Origin: Formosa sp. PL04 | Lineage (GTDB): Bacteria; Bacteroidota; Bacteroidia; Flavobacteriales; Flavobacteriaceae | Assembly (NCBI RefSeq): GCF_033447105.1 | Contig: NZ_JAWQUN010000002.1 | Coordinates: forward strand, 416,856-480,855 | Direction: 5' to 3' | DNA: 64,000 bases | Shown here: positions 30,962 to 40,814 of the stretch, piece by piece | How positions within the stretch are numbered: the stretch's first letter is position 1 | Layout of the letters: each line of letters starts with the position of its first letter | Notes under the pieces: generated by a model | Databases searched by the model: none | Told to the model about the DNA's origin: nothing | What the model saw: only the letters and a program-made list of their open reading frames with translations | Made by a program: the position numbers and the translations under genes

Positions 30962-33040
30962 CTAGTTTTTCAACTTTGAAATGTCACTATTAGAAATCCC
31001 TAACCCTTTTGCCAGGTTTAATAAATTCCCTAACATAGTATGCTCTTCTTTATCGTTAGATTTCTTTTTCAAATCACTAATTAAGCTAGCAATACTCACG
31101 TTTTTAAGATCTTCTGTAGACACATTATATTTCTCCGCAAAATCTTTAACCTTTTCTAGCAAATTTCCTTTAACATCATCACTACCTAAAATTGCCGTTT
31201 TAACTTCCTGGATATTATTAGAATTCTGCACTAATCTATCGAAACCTTTACCTCTAGTAATTTGCCCAATAATTTGATCGAAGAACATCGTTTCTCCACC
31301 AACAATATCGATTTTAGCAGCTTTTAAAGCATCGCTAATAACTTGTGCTTGTGCATCTGCAATATCTTTTTGAATATTGATATGTGCAAGATCGACTTGA
31401 AGATCCTTATTAAGACGCAGTTTAAACTCTTCGTGCTCTTTACCTACACCATCAAGTTTTTTCATTGCTGCTGCTTTCTCTTCTATTCCAGAAGCATCTG
31501 CGATTGCTTTTTCTTTAATAACATCGGCTTCAGCTAATCCTTCTTTACGTTTCGCATCGGCTCTTACTTCTATTCCTACTGCTTCTGCTCTTGCTTTTTT
31601 CTCAATAATATTAGCTTCGACTAAACCTTGACGCTCATTAGCATCTGCTTTAGCATGCATAACTTGAGCTTCAGACAGACCTACTGTAGCCTCTTCTTTT
31701 GCTTGTGCTTCTGCTAATATTTTACGAGCCTCAGCTTGCTTCACACTAGCTTCTTTATGGGCCATAGCTTCAATATTAATTTCTTCAGCTTTTTGTTTAG
31801 CAGCTTGTTTCTGAGCTTCTGCTGCTTTTGTTGTTTTAATTAATGCTTCTTCGGCATTTGCTTCTGCTATAGTAATTTTAACTTGCTTATCTCTATCTGC
31901 AGTTTTAAAAGCCTGAATATCTTTCATATTCTCTTGCTCTTCTACCACACCTTTCTCAAGCATTACACGATCACGAATTACATCTTGAATGTTTTTCTTT
32001 TCTACTTCTACTACTTTTTCTTTTTCAATCTGAGCCAGTGTCACTACTCGTTCTCTCTCGGTAGCTTCTAATAATCTATCTTTTTCTACTCTTTCAGTTT
32101 CTACTGCATGTGTTCGCTCCTTATTTTTAAGCGCTACAATTATTTGACGTTGCATATTTTCTTCAGCAACTTTAACTTTTTCTTCTGTAGCTATTCTTGC
32201 ACTTTCAGATTTTAAGCGCTCTTCTTCATTTACTTTAAGAATTTCAGCACCTTCTCTAGCTACAATATTGGCAATTTCACGCTTTTGTCGCTCTTCTTTT
32301 TCTGCTAACTGTTTATCCAACTCTAAAATAGCCTCTCTAGCTTCAACATCTTGTTTTCTTATTGTTTTTTCCTCATCTCTTTTAATAAGGTTTGCCTTCA
32401 TATTTTGAACAGCAGTAAGCTCTGTAATTTTCTTGATTCCTTCCGCATCTAAGATGTTGTCTGGTTTCAATTCTTTAACCGATGTTTGTTCAAGGAAGTC
32501 AATCGCACAATCTTCTAAAGTATACCCATTAAGATCTGTTCCTATAATATTTACAATCTCGTCACGAAACTCTCTTCTGGCTTCATATAGCTCTATAAAA
32601 TCAAATTTCTTCCCAACAGTTTTAAGGGCTTCAGAAAATTTTGCTTCAAAAAGATCTTCTAAAGTTTCTATTTTAGAAGCTCTATCAACCCCAATAGTTT
32701 GGGCTACTTTTTTAATATATTCAACATCATTATTTACACGTACAAAAAAGGCTACTTTAATATCTGCACGCATATTATCTTTACAGATAAGACCTTCATG
32801 AGCAATTCTTTCAATCTGAATTTTCTTTACAGAAATATCCATAATTTCTGTTTTATGAAACACTGGCACAGTATACAACCCTTTATCTGTTGCTACTTTT
32901 GTTCCCCCAAACCCTGTTCTAATTAGAGCCTGACCTTGTGGTATTTTTTTATAAAACATCGCGATTATCGCGAAATAAACAATGATTAGGAATAGTAAAA
33001 GACCTATTCCAATTCCAATGATTGGTAAAATTGATTCCAT
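30962..33040 (-). CDS. Flotillin/SPFH (band-7) family protein, YqiK/FloT-like, with an extended EA-rich coiled-coil C-terminus (692 aa)
   Basis: N-terminal TM helix. SPFH region (IRTGFGGTKV..VPVFHKTEIMDISVKKI). Long Ala/Glu/Lys repeats. Confidence 0.85.
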   Translation of the reverse strand: MESILPIIGIGIGLLLFLIIVYFAIIAMFYKKIPQGQALIRTGFGGTKVATDKGLYTVPVFHKTEIMDISVKKIQIERIAHEGLICKDNMRADIKVAFFVRVNNDVEYIKKVAQTIGVDRASKIETLEDLFEAKFSEALKTVGKKFDFIELYEARREFRDEIVNIIGTDLNGYTLEDCAIDFLEQTSVKELKPDNILDAEGIKKITELTAVQNMKANLIKRDEEKTIRKQDVEAREAILELDKQLAEKEERQKREIANIVAREGAEILKVNEEERLKSESARIATEEKVKVAEENMQRQIIVALKNKERTHAVETERVEKDRLLEATERERVVTLAQIEKEKVVEVEKKNIQDVIRDRVMLEKGVVEEQENMKDIQAFKTADRDKQVKITIAEANAEEALIKTTKAAEAQKQAAKQKAEEINIEAMAHKEASVKQAEARKILAEAQAKEEATVGLSEAQVMHAKADANERQGLVEANIIEKKARAEAVGIEVRADAKRKEGLAEADVIKEKAIADASGIEEKAAAMKKLDGVGKEHEEFKLRLNKDLQVDLAHINIQKDIADAQAQVISDALKAAKIDIVGGETMFFDQIIGQITRGKGFDRLVQNSNNIQEVKTAILGSDDVKGNLLEKVKDFAEKYNVSTEDLKNVSIASLISDLKKKSNDKEEHTMLGNLLNLAKGLGISNSDISKLKN

Positions 33041-33056
33041 TTTTTAGTTAGATTAA

Positions 33057-33761
33057 TTATTCGTTATAAGATTGTACTAAATAGTAATTATGATCGGCAG
33101 ATCTTTTTATAATAAGGATATTAGAGCCATATGTTAATGATTCTCCTGTTAATGATTTAACATAAATAGACATTGTATCTCCATTAACTCTCACCTCTGC
33201 ATTTCCCATTTTATCTTGAGATATAGAAGATAGTAATGTTGCTTTTCTTCCTAAATAATCAATTGGAGCATCTCCATCTTTATTTAAATTCTTGAAGAAA
33301 CTTTTAAACGGACTAGTTAAAACCTTGGTCAGGATTAGAGCAGGAAACAGAGCCAAAAGCATGATTCCAAATCCAATATAATTATCATATGTATAGGTTG
33401 AGGCTGTAATTATTGTAGTTAAAAACCACCAAACAAAAACCCAAAATGTAAACGTGAACATAAACGGCAGTCCTACAAAATTAAAATAGATTAAAAATAT
33501 CTGCCACCATTTTAAAGGAGAACGTTTTTTTCCTACAACATCTTCTTGGTTAATTTCTGTGTTTGAAAGATCTTCAAAATCCATATTACCGCCTTCTAAA
33601 CTAGTATCTACATCTACGTCGGCATCAATATCTATATCAAAATCAGGGTCAAAATCTAAGCCCCCAATCATGGTAACGATCCAGTACAAGATAAGTATGA
33701 TCAGTAAAGTGCTAAGCACCACATTAACTTCAGAAAAAAGTATGTTAGTCAGTTCTGTCAA
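33057..33761 (-). CDS. NfeD/YqiJ-like membrane protein (TM segments plus a C-terminal OB-fold)
   Basis: Acidic DxD-rich N-terminal region, 3-4 TM helices, and a C-terminal beta-rich AEVRVNGDTMSIYVKSL. Sits 16 nt upstream of the flotillin gene, as in the nfeD-flotillin operon pattern. Confidence 0.65.
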   Translation of the reverse strand: MTELTNILFSEVNVVLSTLLIILILYWIVTMIGGLDFDPDFDIDIDADVDVDTSLEGGNMDFEDLSNTEINQEDVVGKKRSPLKWWQIFLIYFNFVGLPFMFTFTFWVFVWWFLTTIITASTYTYDNYIGFGIMLLALFPALILTKVLTSPFKSFFKNLNKDGDAPIDYLGRKATLLSSISQDKMGNAEVRVNGDTMSIYVKSLTGESLTYGSNILIIKRSADHNYYLVQSYNE

Positions 33762-33764
33762 GGT

Positions 33765-34511
33765 TTATTCGTTTTTAATGGTTTTCATTCCCAACTGTTC
33801 CTTAAGTTTTTCAAGGTCATTATCTGCTTTTACTTTTGTAACATCTGCGGCTTTATCAATTTCTTCATCTATAGATTTAGAGGCGTTAGCGATATCTCCA
33901 TAAGCTTCTGCCAGCGCTTCTTCTTGAGCTACTTTTTCCTTCATGCGCTCCAACATAGAGACCGTTCCAGTACTATCCAGTTCTGCCATTTGTTTATTGA
34001 GATTTTTTGTTGCGTTGCTAACTTTAACTCGTGCTTTCAACGTTTTTAATTCATTTTCCCAATTACTAATATTAGCTTTAATAGTTTGAATATTTTTTTT
34101 CATCAGAGCAACATTATTATCGAATGTTTCAGATTCTTCGTTCGCTCTTAATACCTGTTGCTCTGCAGCATCTTTTTGCACCAAAGCTTCTGTTGCTAAT
34201 CGATCTGCTTCAATAGGGTCTAATGCCTTAGATTGTCCTTTTTTCAAGATAATTATCGCTTTATTCTGATACTCATCTACTTTGTTCTGAAATTCTTCTT
34301 TTTCATTTGTTGCGCGTATTGCTAAAGCTTTAACTTGTGCTAAAGCTTCTAGACTTTTTTCTAGATCCAATTTCATGTCCCGAATACCTTGTTCAGTCAT
34401 TTTTATGGGATCTTCCATTTTATTTATTGCAGAATTTGTTTCCGCCTCTCCTATTTTAAATAATCGTCTAAAGATGTTCATAGTGTATGTTTTAATATTT
34501 TGAAAATTCAA
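33765..34511 (-). CDS. PspA/IM30 (Vipp1/LiaH) family protein
   Basis: MNIFRRLFKIGEAETNSAINKMEDPIKMTEQGIRDMKLDLEKSLEAL is a canonical PspA N-terminus. Coiled-coil throughout. Confidence 0.85.
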   Translation of the reverse strand: MNFQNIKTYTMNIFRRLFKIGEAETNSAINKMEDPIKMTEQGIRDMKLDLEKSLEALAQVKALAIRATNEKEEFQNKVDEYQNKAIIILKKGQSKALDPIEADRLATEALVQKDAAEQQVLRANEESETFDNNVALMKKNIQTIKANISNWENELKTLKARVKVSNATKNLNKQMAELDSTGTVSMLERMKEKVAQEEALAEAYGDIANASKSIDEEIDKAADVTKVKADNDLEKLKEQLGMKTIKNE

Positions 34512-34887
34512 TGATTTTATCTGAGTATTCGCTCATTAATAGACTTAATGAATTTAAAGATCCTTCCAATTCATTTAAATCCATATTTTCTACTTGTAAA
34601 GTGTCTCGGTAAATTACTTTTTCTCCAGAGTCGTCCAAAACAAAAGCACCATGAACAATATCTCTGTTCTTTTGTAAGAGGCTTTTAAAAATTTTCTCTG
34701 ATTGATTGTTTATCTTAAAAATAAATTGCTCCATAATTAATATTGGAGGAGCAACTCCGATAATGAGATTTCTAATTCCAGAATTTTCTTTTTGAATTAC
34801 CATAAGACCATCGTCTAGATTTTCTCTGGTGATATTAAAATTTAATTCCAGTAAAAAATCTCTCGTAATATTGAAATGATTTTTCAT
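34492..34887 (-). CDS. Small cytoplasmic protein, possibly YjfI/DUF2170-like, encoded immediately upstream of the PspA gene with a 20-nt overlap
   Basis: 131 aa. Synteny resembles E. coli yjfI-yjfJ (DUF2170 then PspA-like). The assignment rests on size and context only. Confidence 0.35.
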   Translation of the reverse strand: MKNHFNITRDFLLELNFNITRENLDDGLMVIQKENSGIRNLIIGVAPPILIMEQFIFKINNQSEKIFKSLLQKNRDIVHGAFVLDDSGEKVIYRDTLQVENMDLNELEGSLNSLSLLMSEYSDKIIEFSKY

Positions 34888-35152
34888 AGGTAATTTGGGT
34901 TAGCGTTAAAGTTATAGAGTTTAATATTACAAAAAACAATTAAGATTTTATTAAAGAATCTTGATTAGCTCACTGACAATACTTATAATTATAATGACCA
35001 TAAAGTTATGTTTTAATTGATTAATAAATGTTTTAAAAAGACCCTTCGAACGGTTTTAAACTAAAAACATTAGCATTTAAGTATTCTTTTTGCTAATATT
35101 GTTAGACTAAGTTAATGAAATATTTTAATTATGCAAATAAAATTAGCAACAA

Positions 35153-35908
35153 ATGTCGTTATTCGGAAAAAATATAAGAAAAATAAGAAGCATCAAATCA
35201 CTTAGTCAACAGGCATTTGCGGATATATTTGAGCTTAAACGCGGGACTTTAGGTGCTTATGAAGAAGGCAGAAGTGAACCTAAAATTGAGACCATTATTA
35301 AAATTGCTAATTATTTTAGCATTACTATTGACGCCATCTTAACAAAGGAACTCACCGTTAATGAACTTTTAAAATTTAACGGGGATTTAGAAAGCAATCA
35401 TAATATAGAAAAAAATGAATTCCCTAAAATTCCCTGCATCACACCTAAGGATCAAGATAGCTACATTAAACATTCGGAGAACTCAAACTATATAAAAGAT
35501 TTACACCATTTAAGTTTACCTGTAGAGCAAAACAAAAAGTTGAGAGCATTTATTGTAGATAATTTAGAAATGAGTTCTGACAACAGCGGACTTTTCCCTA
35601 AAGATATTGTTATTGGCGAATGGATTCCTAAATCAGATTTTGATACTTTGGAAAATCCTAGCATATGTATATTATTAACGTCTAAGGATATTGTTTTAAA
35701 AAGAATACACCCAAGTAAAAATAAATTCACTTTAAGAGCAGATCATTCTGGAATTGAAGAATATACCATTAATCACTCTGAGGTAAACGAGCTTTGGGAA
35801 ATTAGATATGTATTTAATTATAGAGTACCAGAACTTAAAAACAACCAAATCTTAAATAAATTAGCATATTTAGAACATGAATTCAAAAAATTAAAATCAT
35901 CACTTTAA
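35153..35908 (+). CDS. CI/LexA-like transcriptional repressor: XRE-family HTH plus a C-terminal S24-peptidase-like fold, possibly degenerate
   Basis: N-terminal HTH (IRSIKSLSQQAFADIFELKRGTLGAYEEGRSEPKIETIIKIANYF). The C-terminus aligns by eye to the S24 fold: VDNLEMSS for GDSM, IVLKRI for VKRL. Divergent from the PspA operon across a 265-bp intergenic region. Confidence 0.6.
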   Translation: MSLFGKNIRKIRSIKSLSQQAFADIFELKRGTLGAYEEGRSEPKIETIIKIANYFSITIDAILTKELTVNELLKFNGDLESNHNIEKNEFPKIPCITPKDQDSYIKHSENSNYIKDLHHLSLPVEQNKKLRAFIVDNLEMSSDNSGLFPKDIVIGEWIPKSDFDTLENPSICILLTSKDIVLKRIHPSKNKFTLRADHSGIEEYTINHSEVNELWEIRYVFNYRVPELKNNQILNKLAYLEHEFKKLKSSL

Positions 35909-35936
35909 ATATCTTTTTAAAGTGATGATTTTAAAC

Positions 35937-36026
35937 AAAAAAAGCCAACTATAAATAGTCGGCTTTCTCTTACTGTGCGGGCGGGGAGACTCGAACTCCC
36001 ACACCGCGAGGCACTAGATACTAAGT
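35937..36026 (-). repeat. Copy B: terminator hairpin plus the 3' ~51 nt of tRNA-Leu(TAG), a truncated att-type direct repeat of 63341-63430
   Basis: Matches the tRNA-Leu region with 3 mismatches. Lacks the D-arm and the 5' acceptor stem. Confidence 0.8.
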
Positions 36027-36185
36027 TCTTAAAAATTGCATATCAAAAAATAGCAAAAAACACTAAAAGCCACTTTTTCAGTCGTTTAATATTTTTACAC
36101 TAACATATAACGTTATATGGCAGTATAAAAAGTGTTACCCATGTGTTACCCCTTTTTTATTACCTTTAAGTAAACACTGAAAATT

Positions 36186-36930
36186 ATGGCTACCTTAAAA
36201 ACAGTTTACATAGCAAAAAAGATACTAAGGGAGAAATCATTTATCGATTAGCTTTACGACTTAATGTAAATTAAAAACGCAGTTACTATCACCTAGGCCA
36301 AAATATTGAACCTAACCATTGGGATGATCATGCCCAAAAAGTAAAAAGCAAACATTCGAAACACAAACAAATCAATAGACTAATTCGAAAAAAATATGAT
36401 GAAGTAGAAGACATTCTTTTCAACCTGGAATCGTCAAAACAAAAATATACAGCTAAAATGGTTATTGATTCTATTAGAAATAATAAAAGGACTCAATCCT
36501 TTTTTGATTTAGCAGAAGAGCATATAGAGGATCTAATAGGGCTAACAATTATAATCGCGCTATTTCAGACAACAGTAAGATTAATAGAATAAAAGAATTT
36601 TCAAATGGCAAGGATTTTACTTTTGAAGATATTGATGAATCCCTTCTGAAAAAAATGAAAATTTACTTACCAACGACCTCAAAACTTTCAGAACGTTCAA
36701 TAATGAATCTTTTTGTATTAATTCGATTACTGTATAATAATAATGCCATTCGTAAGAAAATAGTTGATCAAAAATTTTATCCCTTTGGTAGAGATAAAAT
36801 AAGAATAAAGTCTCGACAAATGCTTCAAAAACTATATAGACATACTAATCTTAGTACAACAATAGGTTACCAAGGCAATTTCACCCATAAAAACACAGAT
36901 GATGCATTGGATTTAATTACGTCTTTTTAA
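36186..36930 (+). pseudogene. Decayed Bacteroidota-type tyrosine integrase (N-terminal arm/SAM-like part, broken by stops and frameshifts, catalytic domain missing)
   Basis: ATG 36186 gives MATLKTVYIAKKILREKSFID*. Further frames read ..IEPNHWDDHAQKVKSKHSKHKQINRLIRKKYDEVEDILFNLESSKQKYTAKMVIDSIRNNK.., typical of CTnDOT/IntN-like integrase N-termini. Adjacent to the partial tRNA repeat. Confidence 0.55.
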
Positions 36931-37029
36931 ACTTAAATAAGATTACATCTAAATCATTTATAATAACTTAATCTCCCCCAAATCACCATAACTTATCTGC
37001 GTATGGATCCTGTGCTGTTTTTATAGTAT

Positions 37030-37434
37030 TCAGATAGATAAACGTGAAGTAAAAACAGTATAGGACGCATTTATGGTTTTGATTTGAAATTGAAGTTTTA
37101 AATATTCTTTTATTCTCCGCTTTTCTTCAAATCTCACCTTCTGTTCCATAATTGGTTTTCTGGAGAACTCTGCCTCTTCAATAAGTGCCTGCAACATCTC
37201 AACTGTTGGTTTGGTTTGATGCTTCTTTATGTTCTTCAACATCGCAATCATACCATTCATTCGTATTTTAAACACATTTTCCAAAGTCTGAATTTTGGAA
37301 TCTAGAGAATCTAATGGAGTCATCTCATTTCTTCCAAAAAATTCTAACATTATTATTAACGTCATAGATTTTGATTTACCAATATACTTACAATATCTGT
37401 TGAATTTTTTAGCTACTGAGATTTTTATACTCAA
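37030..37434 (-). CDS. Hypothetical protein, possibly a remnant of mobile-element cargo
   Basis: ORF only. No recognisable motifs. Confidence 0.25.
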   Translation of the reverse strand: MSIKISVAKKFNRYCKYIGKSKSMTLIIMLEFFGRNEMTPLDSLDSKIQTLENVFKIRMNGMIAMLKNIKKHQTKPTVEMLQALIEEAEFSRKPIMEQKVRFEEKRRIKEYLKLQFQIKTINASYTVFTSRLSI

Positions 37435-37797
37435 GTTAGCAAATCGTTATTTTTCGTGTCCTTTATCCATTTTTGCGTGAATTTAGTGTTGATTTTACTG
37501 GACTCAGAGCCATTTTGCGTGAAAAACATTCAGATTTTTAATAAATTAAAATCTCAAACAAAATATAAATAATTGATTTTACAGTTAATTACAGGTAAAT
37601 AAAGACAACATAACCTCGCGCAGCGGGTTACCCTCTTGCTACTCACTTTCGTCCCATCCAAAGTGGGACAAACCGTTTACCTTTTTTAAACTACTACTAG
37701 ATTTTAATTTTTGTATTAATTCTTCTCATTTTAAGATGTTTATTGTTTTAATCTTGAAGTTTCTTTACTAAAATCATTATTTGATCAAAAATAATTT

Positions 37798-39186
37798 TCA
37801 ATATAAAAAATCGACACTATTCTTAGACATAACGTCTTTAAACCAATGCGCAGATTTTTTTGGAAAACGTTCTAATGTTTCGAAATCAACATAGTGCAAT
37901 CCAAATCTTTTCTCATACCCCAACGCCCATTCAAAATTATCCATAAACGACCACGCAAAGTATCCTTTAAGTTTTACGCCTTCATTAATTGCTTCATTAC
38001 AAGCCTTTAAATAACTTTGATAAAAATCTATGCGCTCTTGATCATTCACTTCACCATCAACAATCTTATCTGCATAAGCACAACCATTTTCTGTGATATA
38101 TATATTCGGACTGTCATAGCGATCATTAATCCAATGTAATAATTTTTTACAACCCCATGGCACTACTGCCCATTGCATAAGTGTAAGGTCCCAACTTTTA
38201 TCTAAGGATAAATCGACATCTTGGTCTTCAGAAATACCGCCATTACCATAAATACTTCCTTCTTTAATAGTTCCATCAGAGTTTGAAGCATACATTGTGG
38301 TGTAGTGATTCAATCCAAAAAAATCTGAGCTTCCTTTGAGCATATTTTTCTCATCTTCAGAAAAAACAGGTAATCTATCGCCTAAACGTTCTTTCATAAC
38401 TTTTGGATAATCGCCTTTATAAACAGGATCAGCAAACCATGCTAAGAAAAACTCAAGTGCTCGTTCAGCAGCTTCCTTATCTTCCTTACTATTTGTAAGT
38501 GGCTCACGCCAATCGCAATTATTAGTAATACCTATTTGACCATTTTGACTGCTATATTTATTTCGATATAATTGAACAGCTTTCCCATGCGCCAAAATTA
38601 AATTATGACCAGCTAAGTAAGGTGCAGATGTAGATACTCTCCCAGGGGCAAAAGCACCTTGACCATATCCTAAAATAGCAACCACCCAGGGTTCATTTAA
38701 TGTAATCCAATTTTTCACACGATCTCCAAACCGCTCAAAGCATACATCGGCATAAGCTTCAAAATAATCTGATATAGAATCTCCCAACCAACCATCATCT
38801 TCCAGTTGAAGAGCTAAAGGCAAATCCCAGTGATACAATGTAACCCAAGGTGTAATATCTGCTTCAATTAAAGCATCTATGAGGTTATTATAAAAGGCAA
38901 TACCTTTTTCATTAATAGCTTCTTTTCCTGTTGGCATAATCCTTGACCAAGCAATTGAAAACCTATAGGCCTTTACACCCATATTCTTCATAAGTTGAAT
39001 ATCTTCTTTATATTTATTGTAGTGATCACATGCAATTTCTCCAGTTTCTCCATTTTGGATTTTTCCAGGAATACTCGAAAAAGCATCCCAAATAGATGGT
39101 CCTTTTCCATCCGTAGTAGTTGCGCCTTCAATCTGATATGACGAGGTCGCTGTACCCCAAACAAAATCTACAGGAAATTTTTTCAT
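37798..39186 (-). CDS. GH1 beta-glucosidase
   Basis: Signature motifs VDFVWGTATSSYQIEGA, ITLNEPW (acid/base) and YITENGCAY (nucleophile). Confidence 0.9.
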   Translation of the reverse strand: MKKFPVDFVWGTATSSYQIEGATTTDGKGPSIWDAFSSIPGKIQNGETGEIACDHYNKYKEDIQLMKNMGVKAYRFSIAWSRIMPTGKEAINEKGIAFYNNLIDALIEADITPWVTLYHWDLPLALQLEDDGWLGDSISDYFEAYADVCFERFGDRVKNWITLNEPWVVAILGYGQGAFAPGRVSTSAPYLAGHNLILAHGKAVQLYRNKYSSQNGQIGITNNCDWREPLTNSKEDKEAAERALEFFLAWFADPVYKGDYPKVMKERLGDRLPVFSEDEKNMLKGSSDFFGLNHYTTMYASNSDGTIKEGSIYGNGGISEDQDVDLSLDKSWDLTLMQWAVVPWGCKKLLHWINDRYDSPNIYITENGCAYADKIVDGEVNDQERIDFYQSYLKACNEAINEGVKLKGYFAWSFMDNFEWALGYEKRFGLHYVDFETLERFPKKSAHWFKDVMSKNSVDFLY

Positions 39187-39203
39187 TATAATTATATTTT
39201 TTT

Positions 39204-40814
39204 TTAAACGTGTTCTTTTAATTGTGCTGCTCTTTTAATATTTAAATCTGAGGTAATCACATCCATTTTTTTCTTATTAAGCGGATAGAGCATCATGACC
39301 GCAGCGGCAACAATGGCTACAATTGCGGGTACCCAACTCATAAGCATTATCATACCTGGAATAGCCCCTTCAATGGCTACTTGATTTTGACCATTATAAT
39401 TAAAATAAGAAAGTACAAAACCAATAATAGCACCAGCAATACCTCCTCCAAATTTTGTAGCAAGAGATCCAGCAGAATATATTAGACCTGTTGCTCGTCG
39501 TCCATTTTTCCATTCTGAAAAGTCGGCTGCATCTCCTAACATTACAAATAATAGTGTTGGAAACATTGCTGAAGCGGCTTCGGATATAATACCTATAATA
39601 AAAATTGCTGTAGTATCTTGAGGCCCGCAAAATACAAACAAACAATTAACTGCAGCTGAAAAAATTAAAGCATAAATAAATAATTTCTTTTTACCAAATA
39701 TTTTACCTAGAGGCGCTACAAGCATGGCACCACCAATAGATGCTAAAGTTAATGCCACCATGAAACTAGCTGCTAAAAGCTCTTGATGCAAATAATGTGC
39801 AAAATAGATAACAACAATACCTTGCTTTATAGCCGTATAAATATTGAACAATAAGCCTATTACTAATAAAACCGCCCATGGTTTATTTCTAAAAAGTTGC
39901 TTTAAGTCCTTTTTAATATCGCTTTTTTGATCTTTAGGCGCTTTAACTCGTTCTTTAGTTGTTAAGAATGTGATAATCATAAAAATGGCCAAAAACACCG
40001 ACAATAAATACATTGATTTGCTATAACCTTCTTTTTGATTAATAATGGTTATGCGGTCTGCATTTAGGTCATCAATATCAGTGACAATAAAACGATATTC
40101 TTTATTAGCTTCCATTTGGAAACTTTTACTCGCAGTTGCATCATTATTTAAAACGGTATTATCTGCCCAAGCAAATTTACCAATCCCTTTGTCTAATTTT
40201 ATACGAGCACTTTCCACATTTAAAGGTGCAGAAACAACGACTTCATAATTTGTAGAATCAGGAATATTGTAGACGTTAATTTCCGGATTTACATTCCCAA
40301 AAAAGACAACTAAATATAAAAGAGCACCCTGTACTAACATACCACCAGCAAAAGCACCAACCATTCGGTAAGACCCCAGACTAGTGCGTTCTTTATCGTC
40401 TCCAGTCATAACAGCCATAAGCGCTCCATAGGGAATATTATTAGCTGTATAAATAAGGGTGAATAATATATATGTGATATAAGCGTAAACAATTTTACTT
40501 TGTTCTCCCATTTCGGGAACTGTAAATAAAAGTGATAAAATAAGCGCTAATGGTACTGCCGTCCATAAAATCCATGGTCTAAATTTACCGTATTTTGAAT
40601 TGGAACGATCTCCAATAACCCCCATAAGAATATCACTAATACCATCGCTAGAACGTGCAACTAACATTAATAATCCAACAGACACGGGGTCTAAACCAAA
40701 AACATCGGTATAGAAAATGAATAAAAAAGTCGAGACACCTCTCCACGCAATATTAGCTGCCCCATCACCTAAAGCATATCCTATTTTTTCTTTAATTGAA
40801 ATTTTGTTTGTCAT
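39204..40814 (-). CDS. GPH-family (MelB-like) glycoside:cation symporter carrying a ~100-aa hydrophilic insertion
   Basis: 12-TM MFS/GPH layout. The loop NVYNIPDSTNYEVVVSAPLNVESARIKLDKGIGKFAWADNTVLNNDATASKSFQMEANKEYRFIVTDIDDLNADRITIINQ sits between TM halves. Confidence 0.75.
   Translation of the reverse strand: MTNKISIKEKIGYALGDGAANIAWRGVSTFLFIFYTDVFGLDPVSVGLLMLVARSSDGISDILMGVIGDRSNSKYGKFRPWILWTAVPLALILSLLFTVPEMGEQSKIVYAYITYILFTLIYTANNIPYGALMAVMTGDDKERTSLGSYRMVGAFAGGMLVQGALLYLVVFFGNVNPEINVYNIPDSTNYEVVVSAPLNVESARIKLDKGIGKFAWADNTVLNNDATASKSFQMEANKEYRFIVTDIDDLNADRITIINQKEGYSKSMYLLSVFLAIFMIITFLTTKERVKAPKDQKSDIKKDLKQLFRNKPWAVLLVIGLLFNIYTAIKQGIVVIYFAHYLHQELLAASFMVALTLASIGGAMLVAPLGKIFGKKKLFIYALIFSAAVNCLFVFCGPQDTTAIFIIGIISEAASAMFPTLLFVMLGDAADFSEWKNGRRATGLIYSAGSLATKFGGGIAGAIIGFVLSYFNYNGQNQVAIEGAIPGMIMLMSWVPAIVAIVAAAVMMLYPLNKKKMDVITSDLNIKRAAQLKEHV

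Noticed and set aside
31343-32926. Several plus-strand ORFs (31343-31537, 31883-32071, 32433-32801, 32699-32926) inside the flotillin gene
   Set aside because: They are antisense to the EA-repeat coding region. The translations are Phe/Cys/Ser-rich low-complexity sequence typical of reverse-strand artefacts.
37612-37680. GC-rich patch (cgcagcgggttaccctcttgctactcactttcgtcccatccaaagtgggac) as a possible small RNA or tRNA
   Set aside because: No cloverleaf can be drawn. Only a 6-bp hairpin (gtccca/tgggac). Likely a weak terminator for the GH1 gene or a remnant.
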